Source: Candidatus Thorarchaeota archaeon
GTDB lineage: Archaea; Asgardarchaeota; Thorarchaeia; Thorarchaeales; Thorarchaeaceae
Assembly (NCBI GenBank): GCA_019057475.1
Contig: DXJO01000039.1
Coordinates: 38,640-102,639, forward strand
DNA length: 64,000 nucleotides
Direction of reading: 5' to 3'
Numbering within the stretch: the stretch's first letter is position 1; each line of letters begins with the position of its first letter. Below are positions 9,594 to 19,842 of the stretch, piece by piece. A program made the position numbers and the translations under genes. A model generated the notes under the pieces. That model ran no database searches and was not told the origin of the DNA. It saw only the letters and a program-made list of their open reading frames with translations.

Positions 9594-10376
9594 TCAGAGC
9601 TCATAGATGAATGCATCTGATTCCTGCTCCACTATTGACAATGTAGACGCATACTCTTCGTCAATTGCGGGGATGCCTACCTTATCAGTCCGACCGGCTT
9701 TTTCCACTATCATCCACTCGCCCAGCACATCTTCATCATCAAATGTGCTGAATTTATCGAATGGGGTTGCCAAAACCTTGGAATTCTTTGCCCAATTGTA
9801 CTTCCCCTTTTCAAATCGCTGAACGAATGGTCGATACAACGGACTATTGGTACCTGCAAGGATAAACTTGGCGCGTTGCACACCCGACACATGTGTAATT
9901 CTGATCTTCTCCATTCTCTCGTCGTAATGAGCTGTTTCAGGCACACCCGTCCCATACTTGATACGTGCGAGCGGGTCTGCAATTAAGATATTGCCCTTCT
10001 CAAGGATAAGCTTACGAATTACGCTGTAGATGTCTTCAGGGCGGGCCGCAGAAAGCGGATCAATAACTTCAGGATTCACAATGTCCACGAATGGCAAAGG
10101 TTCGTCGTATCTCATCTGGGTTGGGTCAAAAATCAGTGCTGAGATGTATTCTAGAACATCAACTCTGCGCGGTCCGCTTTCAGCCACACCTTTGAAGATG
10201 CCTGGCCCCACCAAGATTGAAACAACCTTATTTCCTCGGATTAGAGACCAAAGCTGACGTGAAACAATTAGTGCCCGTCCGGACAAGTCTGTATCCCGAA
10301 GAATGCCTACGTCGAAGCCATGTGCCTTCACATCAAGAAGCCAGAATAATGCGCCTTGGTCCTCCAACATAATCAC
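9594..10376 (-). CDS. Hypothetical protein
   Basis: 260-aa ORF overlapping the upstream gene by 4 nt. Confidence 0.72.
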   Translation of the reverse strand: MIMLEDQGALFWLLDVKAHGFDVGILRDTDLSGRALIVSRQLWSLIRGNKVVSILVGPGIFKGVAESGPRRVDVLEYISALIFDPTQMRYDEPLPFVDIVNPEVIDPLSAARPEDIYSVIRKLILEKGNILIADPLARIKYGTGVPETAHYDERMEKIRITHVSGVQRAKFILAGTNSPLYRPFVQRFEKGKYNWAKNSKVLATPFDKFSTFDDEDVLGEWMIVEKAGRTDKVGIPAIDEEYASTLSIVEQESDAFIYEL

Positions 10377-11548
10377 TCCGAAAGGTAGTAGGTGTTTACA
10401 AAATCGAAGACTAGTTTGCCGGCTACTGTGTCACGCTCCGGGATTCCTACATCAACCAGAACTTGCTCAGCAGACTCGTACTGCTCGTCCAATGAGATAT
10501 TCTCAAGTCCTAGTCTGTCTATTAGTTCACTCAAACATGTTTTCACGATGTCCTGAATTGGGTCGCCCTGGAATTTCAAGACACGAATCACTCTGTCAAT
10601 CCTCTCTATGAGAAACGTGGATTGCTCCTCACCGACTCTCCGTCGGGCCAGACGAACATCTCGCTCAAGAAAATCAAAAGGTGACGCCATGTCCGGCTCG
10701 GTCTTGCTGCCTCTTGTAGATGCCGTCCCAACTTGCACATAGCGCGACCTGTCACCACGACCCGTAGGACGCGGGGCCATATGAAGAATGAGATGAGCTA
10801 TGGATTTGATAGTCATACCACTAAGCGGTTCGTTCATGTCCTCAATCACGGCGTTGAGCCGCGTGATGGACATGTCAACCGTTGCAGATTCCGAAGCTGT
10901 GGAAAGGATTTCGCGGAGTCTTCGAAAGAGCGCTTGATTCCTTCGTAGCAAATGATGGAATTTTCCTTTGAGTGTTTCAGGCTTCCACTTGGTCACAGGG
11001 GGGCCGAAATACAGCAGTGCTTCTTGCGAAGTGGATTTCAGATGCTCTTTCAACCAAGCCTGAAGCACTGGCACAATGAAACCTTCAGCCAGTTTGGTGC
11101 GAGCGGCGATAACGGAAATCGCTTTTTCAACAGTGGACGATTCTTCATCCAATGTGCTCTCTAGGTTTGCCAGATCCCTGACTTTCAACTCTAGGTCACG
11201 AGCGAATGTGCCATAGACATATTCAATCCAACGACCCTCAGTTAATGCAAACTCCATAATGTTTCCAGGAATGTTCGGTACATCTTCACCAACAGATGCT
11301 CGCCTTTGGAGCTCAGCACTCAGAAGGGCAATCGACTGCTTTAGGCTCTGAATCCCATCCATGTGGATAAGATAAGCCATCATTGCTACCTCAAGGGGGC
11401 ATGAGAACTCCTCAGCAATCCTTTGAGATTCCTCAATGGGAACTCTTCGAACCCGCTCTCTTAGGTTTACATACTTGTCCGCAAACTCCTGTGTGAGCCT
11501 TTGTCGACTCGCTACAGCCAGCTTTTCAAGATCAGGATCGCGCAGCAA
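10373..11548 (-). CDS. Hypothetical alpha-helical protein
   Basis: 391-aa ORF, amphipathic helical pattern; TTTAGATA-type box upstream. Confidence 0.75.
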   Translation of the reverse strand: MLRDPDLEKLAVASRQRLTQEFADKYVNLRERVRRVPIEESQRIAEEFSCPLEVAMMAYLIHMDGIQSLKQSIALLSAELQRRASVGEDVPNIPGNIMEFALTEGRWIEYVYGTFARDLELKVRDLANLESTLDEESSTVEKAISVIAARTKLAEGFIVPVLQAWLKEHLKSTSQEALLYFGPPVTKWKPETLKGKFHHLLRRNQALFRRLREILSTASESATVDMSITRLNAVIEDMNEPLSGMTIKSIAHLILHMAPRPTGRGDRSRYVQVGTASTRGSKTEPDMASPFDFLERDVRLARRRVGEEQSTFLIERIDRVIRVLKFQGDPIQDIVKTCLSELIDRLGLENISLDEQYESAEQVLVDVGIPERDTVAGKLVFDFVNTYYLSE

Positions 11549-11674
11549 CCAAGAACACCTCTTTGCCCGTGAAGTCTATCTAAATGACATAAACACAGTT
11601 AGAGTAGGCTCTTGTTAGTCCTCAAATATGTATTGCGCGTGTGGAACCGCATTGCTGTTGCGCGCTCAACTCAG

Positions 11675-11902
11675 TCACGCGCCGCCGGATAGAAGCAGGA
11701 AATGAATGCCAAAACCTAGGAAAAGCGCTCCGAGTATTAGAGCAAATGCTGCTTTCATCTTTGAGAAGTGGCGACCATGTTCAACATGTATTACGAGCCA
11801 ACCAAAAGACATGAGTCCAAAGGCGATGAAGATGAGGGCAAAGTAGATGTTGAGTGATTCGACAATGATTTCAAAAGTGGGTAACTCGAACAGTTGCATC
11901 AT
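11675..11902 (-). CDS. Small two-TM membrane protein
   Basis: Two hydrophobic helices separated by HVEHGRHFSK; GGTGA SD upstream. Confidence 0.65.
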   Translation of the reverse strand: MMQLFELPTFEIIVESLNIYFALIFIAFGLMSFGWLVIHVEHGRHFSKMKAAFALILGALFLGFGIHFLLLSGGA

Positions 11903-11975
11903 TCACCAACCTCATTTCTGGGCTATCTTGACCGCGGACTCTATTGGGGTTTTAAAGGTCACGGTAATAAAAGAT

Positions 11976-12746
11976 TCATGCCACGAAATCGTATTCACTC
12001 GTGTATTCCTTGTCATCAATGACTACTTTCCTCAGGAGCCTTGCACTCCGCTTGGCTAATTTCCTTTTCTCCGCAAACGATAGGCTCGGATCTTCGGGAA
12101 TCTCGATGGATTCAATGACTATTGTGTGTAGTATCTGCACCTTCTTGGTCTTCGGACCTATTTCTTCCCACAAGTCAGGAAGGGTTTCCTGAAGAATGAA
12201 CTTCATTGTATCTGGAGTGTTAGCCAATGCGCCCTTGCAGAAGACGGGGGCTTTCACTTTCGTTTGGCCGTCCTCTGCACCCTTGGGCGCCTTGGGGAAA
12301 GATGTCTTGGTTGTGATTTTCCATGGGGTCCCGGCGTCGCTTGGACTCATACTGAGCAGGAAAAAAGTCGTAGGTGCTTCGTTATACGCTAGTTGCCTGA
12401 TGTCCTGAAGTGGAGCGATCTCCTTGAGTTTAGCCTTATACGTTGGTGGCCCTTTTCCCCCGGACTTTTTCCATAGGAGTGGCATATTCAAGTTAGCGAA
12501 CTCATTCGCCCGATCTGAGTAGGAAACTATCAATCCGGAAATTCTGTGCGTTCCTTCCGGTGCTCCATCAACATAGCATTGAATGAATGTTTCCTCAAAC
12601 CCAAGGTCAACCTTGAAAGAAATTCTCTTCTCGCTGAAGGCCAAGTGCGCTCTCGGACCATGATGAGATCCGATGCCGTACTTTACCAACTTCGCATGCA
12701 CAAATTCGTCGGGTTCGTTTCGTACAACCTTGGCCAGCCAATTCAT
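11976..12746 (-). CDS. Conserved archaeal hypothetical protein
   Basis: 256 aa; N-terminal DEFVHAKLVKYGIG and C-terminal RKLAKRSARLLRKV motifs. Confidence 0.72.
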   Translation of the reverse strand: MNWLAKVVRNEPDEFVHAKLVKYGIGSHHGPRAHLAFSEKRISFKVDLGFEETFIQCYVDGAPEGTHRISGLIVSYSDRANEFANLNMPLLWKKSGGKGPPTYKAKLKEIAPLQDIRQLAYNEAPTTFFLLSMSPSDAGTPWKITTKTSFPKAPKGAEDGQTKVKAPVFCKGALANTPDTMKFILQETLPDLWEEIGPKTKKVQILHTIVIESIEIPEDPSLSFAEKRKLAKRSARLLRKVVIDDKEYTSEYDFVA

Positions 12747-12818
12747 CCCTACGGACCTCTTTGGAGTCCGGTTAACTGGGAGTTTTAAACTTGCCGTGAA
12801 ATCAGAATACGAAAATAA

Positions 12819-14582
12819 TTACAGTACAACAAGGCCCAACAATCCCCATATCCAAACGACAACGATTGTCACAACCAGGATTGCCACCAAGTCAATCATA
12901 AGTCCTGTCGTGACCATCTCTCTCATCGTCACTTTTCCGGTGGAGTATGCAATCGTGGAGGGAGGGGTTCCGGTGGGTAACGCAAAGTCCATGGAAACCG
13001 CAATCGCGATGACCATCGTCACCAACATAGGATCTATCCCGAGCCCTATAGCCAATGGGATAGCAACTGGAATGAGTATTACGGCCGCTCCAGTGTTAGA
13101 GGCAACCATCGTCACTAGAACTGCCACAACTCCCAATATCACCACAATGAGAAAAGCTGGAAACATGCCTAGGCCATTCATTTGGTGAGCCAGATAGGCT
13201 GAAAGACCAGTGTCAATCATTGCACCTCCTAATGCGATTCCGCTGCCTAGTATTAACAAGGATGACCAGCTAATTTCTGAGGATATATCCTTCTCATCCA
13301 AGATTCGAAGTACTAGAAGAAACAGACCACCCATCAGAGCGACGATGGAGCTTGGAATTCCATGTCCGGACCAGTTGAGAACAGAGGCCATGAAATCAGG
13401 AAGCCCTTCGGTAAGCCACAGCCCCACGACCCCTGCGAAGACTACGACTACCAGCTTCTGCTGCAACGACATCGGTCCTAGTTTGAGGTACTCCTTCTCA
13501 GAAATCCCCTTGAGGTCTCGGATCTCCTCAATATCCTTCGGAAGCTTGAATCTGATTAGCAGCCATTGCCACACAATGGGCAGCATTATCAGCACCACGG
13601 GAACCCCAAACGGAAGCCAGCTCATGAAGGAGAATTCAATATCGAGGAAGGAATTGATGTATGTTGCCGCCAACGGATTCGGAGGCGAACCAACAAGACT
13701 GGCCACTCCGCCCAGAGTTGCTGCGTAGGCAACTCCAAGCACGAGAGCCTTCCCATACTTGCTTCTCGTTTCCTCATTCCGTATCCTTGAGATAACAGCG
13801 ATAGCTATCGGAATCATGATTGCGGCTGAAGCGGTGTTGCTAATCCACATTGAGAGGAATGCGGTCACAGCCATCACGGTCAACAGCAGACTGGAGCCAG
13901 ATCCAGTGCTTCTAGACAGGATTAGTAGGGCTAGCCTCTTATCGAGGTCATACTTGCTCAGAGCGCGTCCGAGAAGGAATCCTCCTAGAATGAGCACAAC
14001 TGCAGGATCAAAGAATGGAGCCAGTGCAGCCTGAGGAGTGCGTATCTCAGTGGTAACGAGCAGGATGGGGATTAGCATTGATGTAGCAACCAAACTGATT
14101 CCTTCCGAGAACCAAAGAATCGCCACGACTGCCAGTATCATCAGAGCGGCTTTTGATTTCACAAGAGGTTGATATGTGACTGTGAATGTCTGACCACTCT
14201 GTCGCGCTGGTCTAATCGTCTGATCAAACCCTGCTTCATTCTGGAGACGAACCTCTATCTGATCTGCTGCCAGGGGCGCTCCTATCGCGCTTATGATGAA
14301 AGTCAGCGCAGTGTCAGGAGCTAGGGGAACTCGAGTCATCACTGTGACCGTGACATTCGTTGTTGTGCCATTGAGATTGTATACGCGTTGTTCCAGTTGT
14401 CCGCCCTCAGCAAGTAAAACAATCACTGGGAGATCCACATCAATGCCGGGCGAAACGACAGTAATTGTGGTCTGATATTCGCCTGTTTGGAAATCCGGAG
14501 GGGCGAGATTGTAAAGTGCTAACCCGACAACAGCCGTCACGACCATTACAATCGCGGTTTTTCGCGAAATCCGGTATGACAA
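12819..14582 (-). CDS. DASS/SLC13 family sodium:di/tricarboxylate-sulfate symporter
   Basis: SMWISNTAS, GSPPN, ASNT, ALPTGTPP motifs; many TM helices. Confidence 0.92.
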   Translation of the reverse strand: MSYRISRKTAIVMVVTAVVGLALYNLAPPDFQTGEYQTTITVVSPGIDVDLPVIVLLAEGGQLEQRVYNLNGTTTNVTVTVMTRVPLAPDTALTFIISAIGAPLAADQIEVRLQNEAGFDQTIRPARQSGQTFTVTYQPLVKSKAALMILAVVAILWFSEGISLVATSMLIPILLVTTEIRTPQAALAPFFDPAVVLILGGFLLGRALSKYDLDKRLALLILSRSTGSGSSLLLTVMAVTAFLSMWISNTASAAIMIPIAIAVISRIRNEETRSKYGKALVLGVAYAATLGGVASLVGSPPNPLAATYINSFLDIEFSFMSWLPFGVPVVLIMLPIVWQWLLIRFKLPKDIEEIRDLKGISEKEYLKLGPMSLQQKLVVVVFAGVVGLWLTEGLPDFMASVLNWSGHGIPSSIVALMGGLFLLVLRILDEKDISSEISWSSLLILGSGIALGGAMIDTGLSAYLAHQMNGLGMFPAFLIVVILGVVAVLVTMVASNTGAAVILIPVAIPLAIGLGIDPMLVTMVIAIAVSMDFALPTGTPPSTIAYSTGKVTMREMVTTGLMIDLVAILVVTIVVVWIWGLLGLVVL

Positions 14583-14622
14583 AGCGCTTCTTCCTCACTC
14601 ACGTTGTGTGGCATTCAAAGAC

Positions 14623-14985
14623 TCAATCGATAGGACGCGTTTCAAGAATTCTCAACATCTCGGTAGAAGGCGAAACAAAACCCTTTGTGCCTACTATCGT
14701 CCTGGTCTTCTCTACCAGATGACCAGTATACTTGTCGAGGATGTCAACGGTTTCCTCAAACTTATCGAAGGGACCTTCGAAGACTGTGAACCCAGTGAAT
14801 GCGGTTCCAAAAGCACTACCGGCCTCGGCCAGAATCTTGATTCCCGCGGGTAGTTTGTTCCTTATTGTGCCCCATTGCTTGAACCATTCCCGCTTCTCAT
14901 CATCCGTCATCGTACGAAGCCGATACATTAGTATGTAATAAAAATCCGGGTGACTGGAGTCACCGGGTTTCGTGCGGCCAGCCAT
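14623..14985 (-). CDS. Hypothetical protein, probable ferredoxin-like (dimeric alpha+beta barrel) fold
   Basis: 120-aa ORF with beta-alpha-beta-beta-alpha-beta hydrophobic pattern. Confidence 0.55.
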   Translation of the reverse strand: MAGRTKPGDSSHPDFYYILMYRLRTMTDDEKREWFKQWGTIRNKLPAGIKILAEAGSAFGTAFTGFTVFEGPFDKFEETVDILDKYTGHLVEKTRTIVGTKGFVSPSTEMLRILETRPID

Positions 14986-15059
14986 ACTCTAACGAACGCA
15001 CTGTATAGCTTATAACGGTGATGTACCCTGAAACTCGAAACCTACAAGGGGTAATTCGT

Positions 15060-16286
15060 ATGGGTCTCAGAGCGTCCGAGTATACAGGTAACCTGTTGGC
15101 TCTCTACTTTGTCACAATCATTATGCGCGCGTCATTCTACATTAGCATAGCTGTCATTCAAAGCTTGAACTACATGGGCGGAGGCATACATGAATGGGAA
15201 ATCGCAGCCGTTATGGTTGTGTACCCACTTGCAGAACTCACCTCGGTTTCATTCTTTGGCTCATATAGTGATAAGATTGGCCGGAGGCCCATCCTGATTG
15301 CTAGTCTCTTCATCACTGCAGCTTCAGCATATCTCTTCGCCATAGCACCAACCGCAGCGATTCTGATTGCATTCTCGGCAGTCTTTGGAATCGGTGCCGC
15401 ATCCAAGGTTTCCACAACTTTGTCGATGATTGCGGATATGTCATCTGAGCACGATCGAGCTCGTCTGATGGGGTACTATGATCTCTCTACACTCTCGGGT
15501 CTTGCCGGGGGCTATGGCTTGGGAATCATACTGCTGGAGATGACCATTGCTCCGAGCTCAATCCTCTTCATGGCTGGCTCAGCCTGCGCTGTGAGCGGAA
15601 TAATTGCATTCTTTGTAATAAGGGAAACCCGAACTCACGTGCATGTTGACATGAGCACGCTCGATTTAATCAAGAAGGTTGCAATGGATCGGAAGATCCA
15701 GATGTTGATTCCGGTTTACGTTCCTATAATCGCAATGTACGGTCTGCTCATTGGATATGCAGAGAGGATAATCGAGGAACATTTCGATCTGCTGACTGGT
15801 ACTGACCTGCTATACCTCTTTGCTGTGCTCGGCGGCTCACTCATTCTGGGAATCGTTATCATGGGACACCTCTCAGATCATTACATGAAGCGACGGCCGT
15901 TCATTGTGGCAGGACTTATCGGCTTTGGAATCTTGGGATACTTGATGGTTGCATACGCTGACAATTTACCGGGACTTTGGAGCATTTGGCCAGCGTTGCC
16001 CATACTTGGCTTCATGGCAGGCGCATTCCCCCCAGCGGCAATGGCCTATCTCACGGACGTATCTGACAAGGAAGCAAGAGGAGCCACGATGGGTGTCTAT
16101 AGCATCTTCTTCGGCTCAGGTATGATCATTGGACCGCTAGCTGGAGCGTTTGCTTACGGTAACTACGGGCTCTACGGGATGGCTGCCCTCGTAGGCATTT
16201 TCATCACTATCGCAATAGCTGGAACATACTTCATGCCTGAAAGACATCATAAGGAAGAAAGCCCCGCGCTAGAATCCGCTGACTGA
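15060..16286 (+). CDS. MFS transporter
   Basis: Motif A GSYSDKIGRRPIL and GHLSDHYMKRRP; ~12 TMs. Confidence 0.9.
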   Translation: MGLRASEYTGNLLALYFVTIIMRASFYISIAVIQSLNYMGGGIHEWEIAAVMVVYPLAELTSVSFFGSYSDKIGRRPILIASLFITAASAYLFAIAPTAAILIAFSAVFGIGAASKVSTTLSMIADMSSEHDRARLMGYYDLSTLSGLAGGYGLGIILLEMTIAPSSILFMAGSACAVSGIIAFFVIRETRTHVHVDMSTLDLIKKVAMDRKIQMLIPVYVPIIAMYGLLIGYAERIIEEHFDLLTGTDLLYLFAVLGGSLILGIVIMGHLSDHYMKRRPFIVAGLIGFGILGYLMVAYADNLPGLWSIWPALPILGFMAGAFPPAAMAYLTDVSDKEARGATMGVYSIFFGSGMIIGPLAGAFAYGNYGLYGMAALVGIFITIAIAGTYFMPERHHKEESPALESAD

Positions 16287-16348
16287 GCAAAGGTTAATAG
16301 CAAGCACATCCTTCAACGCGATAGAATCTCATAACGGAGAGCGTAATC

Positions 16349-16960
16349 ATGGCTAGGCTTACTACCATTGGTAACTTAATCGCAGGGATAGGTCTCGCAG
16401 TGTTGGCTTTTGCAGCGATACTGCACTATCTACTGTCAGGAATCGCAGAATTGGCGGGGGTTGGTATCATTACATGGACGGTGGCCGCAGGGTTGCTTGT
16501 TCTAGTCCTAATCTTCGCCGTAGTCAACACGTTCACGGAAGTCACAGGATTTGTGCATCCAGAAGACAAACTCGTCGCCAACATGTTTGTCTTCATCATG
16601 GCTATTGCAACTATTCTGATCTACGGAATCTTTCCTGACTTGGCCGTCCCCCAGGATAGCCTTTTCCAGATGGCTTCAATGATTGTGATAGCTTACGTGT
16701 TTCTGTTCGTCTTCACCTACTTTAGCTCAACAATAACTGAAGGCGCGGATATGTCCCAAGTGAAGGAGATGACTGCTCGATTCATGCTTGTTTCGCTATT
16801 GCTAGGAGCAATCATGGCAGGGCTTATGGTGATACTTGACTGGATAATGTTCACTCTCTCATACGAGTGGGCGAGTGTTTCGCTGGGTGCCTTCGCTGTT
16901 GGACTCGTATTCGTCATGGCATTCGCGCTGGGAAGAAAATACGAACCTGTCGGAGGGTAG
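16349..16960 (+). CDS. Hypothetical membrane protein (~6 TM)
   Basis: Hydrophobic 203-aa ORF with GGAG upstream. Confidence 0.75.
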   Translation: MARLTTIGNLIAGIGLAVLAFAAILHYLLSGIAELAGVGIITWTVAAGLLVLVLIFAVVNTFTEVTGFVHPEDKLVANMFVFIMAIATILIYGIFPDLAVPQDSLFQMASMIVIAYVFLFVFTYFSSTITEGADMSQVKEMTARFMLVSLLLGAIMAGLMVILDWIMFTLSYEWASVSLGAFAVGLVFVMAFALGRKYEPVGG

Positions 16961-16966
16961 AATCTC

Positions 16967-17023
16967 AACAGAGGATGGACTTTTCTCCCCATCCTTCCCC
17001 CTTTGGGGGGTTCTGTTTCTTTC
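16967..17023 (+). terminator. Branched stem-loop followed by T-rich run, putative terminator
   Basis: AACAGA/TCTGTT closing GGATGG/CCATCC and CCCCC/GGGGG hairpins, then TTTCTTTC. Confidence 0.4.
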
Positions 17024-17148
17024 AAGTAGAATGTGTAATTAGGGCAATCTCTCAGCAAATGTATTAAATGCTGGTACATCCGTTGTTCGTAACTAGTTGA
17101 GGCAGGCGATCTCCGCCCCAACAAGACAAGCTGAAGCTGGTGTGACAT

Positions 17149-19098
17149 ATGACAGACGGCAAGCTATGGCTAGGTTTTTACCTGGATGAGGAAGGAAAGC
17201 GGACCAAAAACAAGTTCGAGATTAGTGTGGACCTTCTTCGAAGACATGGTGGCGTATTCGGATCTACGGGCTCGGGGAAGACGGTACTTAGTAAGGCCGT
17301 CATAGAAGAGGCCGCAATGCAGGGCATCCCCGTTCTGGCGTTCGACCCCCAAGGTGACATCGCCTCGTTAATGTTACCTGGTGATCCCAAGGAACTCCAA
17401 TCGAAAGGTGTTCCACCAGAACGTTTGAAGGAGTACATGGATAAGGTCATAGTACGTGTATACACACCAGCAAGCAGCAAAGGATTAGCAATCTCGATCA
17501 ACCCCTTGAAGCTGCCTGACAGGAAAGCAGACCAGGATGACGTCATAAGACTTCTTGATAACTCTGCAAGAACCCTCGTCAAAGTCCTGGCAAAGGTTGC
17601 GGGCCTCTCAAAGTCGTGGGAGAGTAAGTCATTCGCGGCGGTCTATGAGCTCCTCCGAAGCATCTGGGAGAATCCCAAGAAGGAAATTGGCACCTTAAAG
17701 GATCTCGCGAATATGCTCGTTTTGGACAAAGAAGAAATCGGAGTCGACTTGGAACCCTATATGAGGTTAACAGAGCGTCAGAAACTGGCGTCTACAATTA
17801 GGGCTCTTACTGTTGGCTCATCCCAGCTGCTCTTCAAAGAAGAAGGCCAGATTGACTTTGATTATTTGATCAAGCCTGTGAACGGGAAGACCCCAATCAA
17901 CGTTCTGTTTCTGAAGACCTTGCGCAGTGAGGAGGAAAAGCACTTCTTCATCGCTATAGTTCTAAATCAGCTATATTCTTGGATGCTAAGGCAAGGCTTT
18001 ACGAGTAAACCCAGACTACTCCTCTTCCAAGATGAAGCGGCACCCTTCATACCAGCTGGAATGCGGGCTCCAGGTCCCAAGGAAACTTTCCTTCTCCTCT
18101 TCAGACAGGCGAGGAAGTATGGAGTGGAATGCCTAATCGCCACTCAGAGCCCAAAGGATATCGATTACAAGGCATTCGAACAATTCAACACAATTGCCTC
18201 AGGCAGAATCAGCAGCGAGCAATCATTGAAGGTACTGGAGAGAATTCTCGAACCCATCGCAGGCGAGAAGCAGTCTGAAGAGATAATCCGGGCCCTCCCA
18301 GGCCAGCAGACGGCGACCTTTATTTTCTCGTCAGCAGAGATGAAGCCGAAGGTCAATCACATCGGAGTGCGATGGCTGCTCACTAGGCACATTACGCTGA
18401 CAGAGAAAGATGTTCAGAAACATATGTCTCAACTCGTCAAGCAGCAGCAAAAGATCCTTCAAGAGATGGAGCGCGTTCGACTAGGAGCGAAGGCAAAGAA
18501 GGAAGCCGAACGCCGAAGACTTGCCGAACAGAGGAAAAAGGATGCTGAACAACAACGCGCGGATGAGGAAAGGAGAAAGAAAGAAGAAGAAAACCGTCGT
18601 CGAAGGGAGAAAGAGCTTGCAGAGAAGAAGGCCAAGTTCAAGAAAGCCTCTGATAATGATAAGGTATTCTCAACTCGTGGCCAGGCGGGCACAATTTCTT
18701 ATGATGACCTCATCAATGGGTTCGTAGCAATGATAGAGGCTATCGCAAAAACCGCCTTTGGACTTCCGTTCTTGAGGGAGCTCGTGAAGCGAGGAGAACT
18801 CAACTACGAGAAAGCTCTGTCCTACTATCTAACGGAAACGAGAGCGGCAATTAAACAAGGCTTAGCTAAGAAAGAGAAGAAGGAAATCAAGAAACGAGGG
18901 AAGACCAAGAAGGTCACGTACATCGTCTATGATTTCGAATATGTGCTCAATGCAGTCATTAAAAGCATGGGCGTCAAAGAGCCCGATTACGTCGATGAAA
19001 AGAGGCTGAGAAAGCGCTTTGAACAGCTGGTCAAGAAAGCCTCCAGAAACAGCCTTCTCGAGCGCATCGTACTGGGAGAACCTTTCCTCCAGTTCTAG
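17149..19098 (+). CDS. HerA/FtsK-superfamily ATPase (DUF87/DUF853-like) with charged helical tail
   Basis: GSTGSGKT, FDPQGD, LFQDEA, RQARKYG..ATQSP. Confidence 0.88.
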   Translation: MTDGKLWLGFYLDEEGKRTKNKFEISVDLLRRHGGVFGSTGSGKTVLSKAVIEEAAMQGIPVLAFDPQGDIASLMLPGDPKELQSKGVPPERLKEYMDKVIVRVYTPASSKGLAISINPLKLPDRKADQDDVIRLLDNSARTLVKVLAKVAGLSKSWESKSFAAVYELLRSIWENPKKEIGTLKDLANMLVLDKEEIGVDLEPYMRLTERQKLASTIRALTVGSSQLLFKEEGQIDFDYLIKPVNGKTPINVLFLKTLRSEEEKHFFIAIVLNQLYSWMLRQGFTSKPRLLLFQDEAAPFIPAGMRAPGPKETFLLLFRQARKYGVECLIATQSPKDIDYKAFEQFNTIASGRISSEQSLKVLERILEPIAGEKQSEEIIRALPGQQTATFIFSSAEMKPKVNHIGVRWLLTRHITLTEKDVQKHMSQLVKQQQKILQEMERVRLGAKAKKEAERRRLAEQRKKDAEQQRADEERRKKEEENRRRREKELAEKKAKFKKASDNDKVFSTRGQAGTISYDDLINGFVAMIEAIAKTAFGLPFLRELVKRGELNYEKALSYYLTETRAAIKQGLAKKEKKEIKKRGKTKKVTYIVYDFEYVLNAVIKSMGVKEPDYVDEKRLRKRFEQLVKKASRNSLLERIVLGEPFLQF

Positions 19099-19811
19099 TT
19101 GGAACTGAACGTGGTCCATCCCTCAACCGTACAAGTGACCCACCGGTCCACCATTTCAAGCGTAAGATTCGCTGCAGAGGTCATCATGTCAGGCGTTGCG
19201 ACCGGAGCACCATAGATGAGAAGCAAGATGTTCTTGCTCTTTGGTGTAACCTTTGTTCTCTCCGAATCATGAGTAGCGTACCCAAAGCAGACTATTTTCT
19301 CGTCATCAGCAAGAACAATCTCCCGCCCTCTGCATGTGAGCTGCTTGCCCCCAATCCTCTCGAAAACCTCTCCCTTGTGGGCAGTGCGCACAACTAGGTT
19401 TCCCTCTAGAACAGTTTCATCAATCAATCCTATCGGAAGCTTGTGATAGGCTGACGCAAGATTCGCCACATCAACAAGAGTGGATATGCGCCAGAGGTTT
19501 AGGCCTCGCACAATCCTTCGCAGCAATGCCTCACTCGATACGCGAAGCTTGGTGGGATCCATTCCGAATGTCCAGTATAGGTCGCGATATGACCTGAAAA
19601 CAAGGTCATCCTTTACATCATCCAAAGTTGTTCGAGACCGTATCTCACCAAAGAGCTCCTGCTCATACTTCTCGAAATCAGAACTGGATTTGCCCAGGTC
19701 CAGCTCGATTAACCTTGCGATCATTAAACTGAGGCCTTCGCGCTGCACATCGAAACGTACAGCACGACCAAGAGAAATCCCCGCTTGAAATCCTGTATTG
19801 GATGGGCACAT
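19095..19811 (-). CDS. B3/4 domain protein (PheRS-beta editing-like)
   Basis: YRDLYWTFGMDPTKLRVSSEALLRR, LVDVANLAS, PIGLID; start uncertain. Confidence 0.88.
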   Translation of the reverse strand: MCPSNTGFQAGISLGRAVRFDVQREGLSLMIARLIELDLGKSSSDFEKYEQELFGEIRSRTTLDDVKDDLVFRSYRDLYWTFGMDPTKLRVSSEALLRRIVRGLNLWRISTLVDVANLASAYHKLPIGLIDETVLEGNLVVRTAHKGEVFERIGGKQLTCRGREIVLADDEKIVCFGYATHDSERTKVTPKSKNILLLIYGAPVATPDMMTSAANLTLEMVDRWVTCTVEGWTTFSSN

Positions 19812-19842
19812 GTTTCTCACGCCTGATTCTGAAGAAGCCCTG

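Noticed and set aside
16349-19098. Ced/T4SS-like DNA import pair (6-TM protein + HerA-like ATPase)
   Set aside because: ATPase has no N-terminal TM, a terminator-like structure separates the genes, and no small pilin-like genes are adjacent
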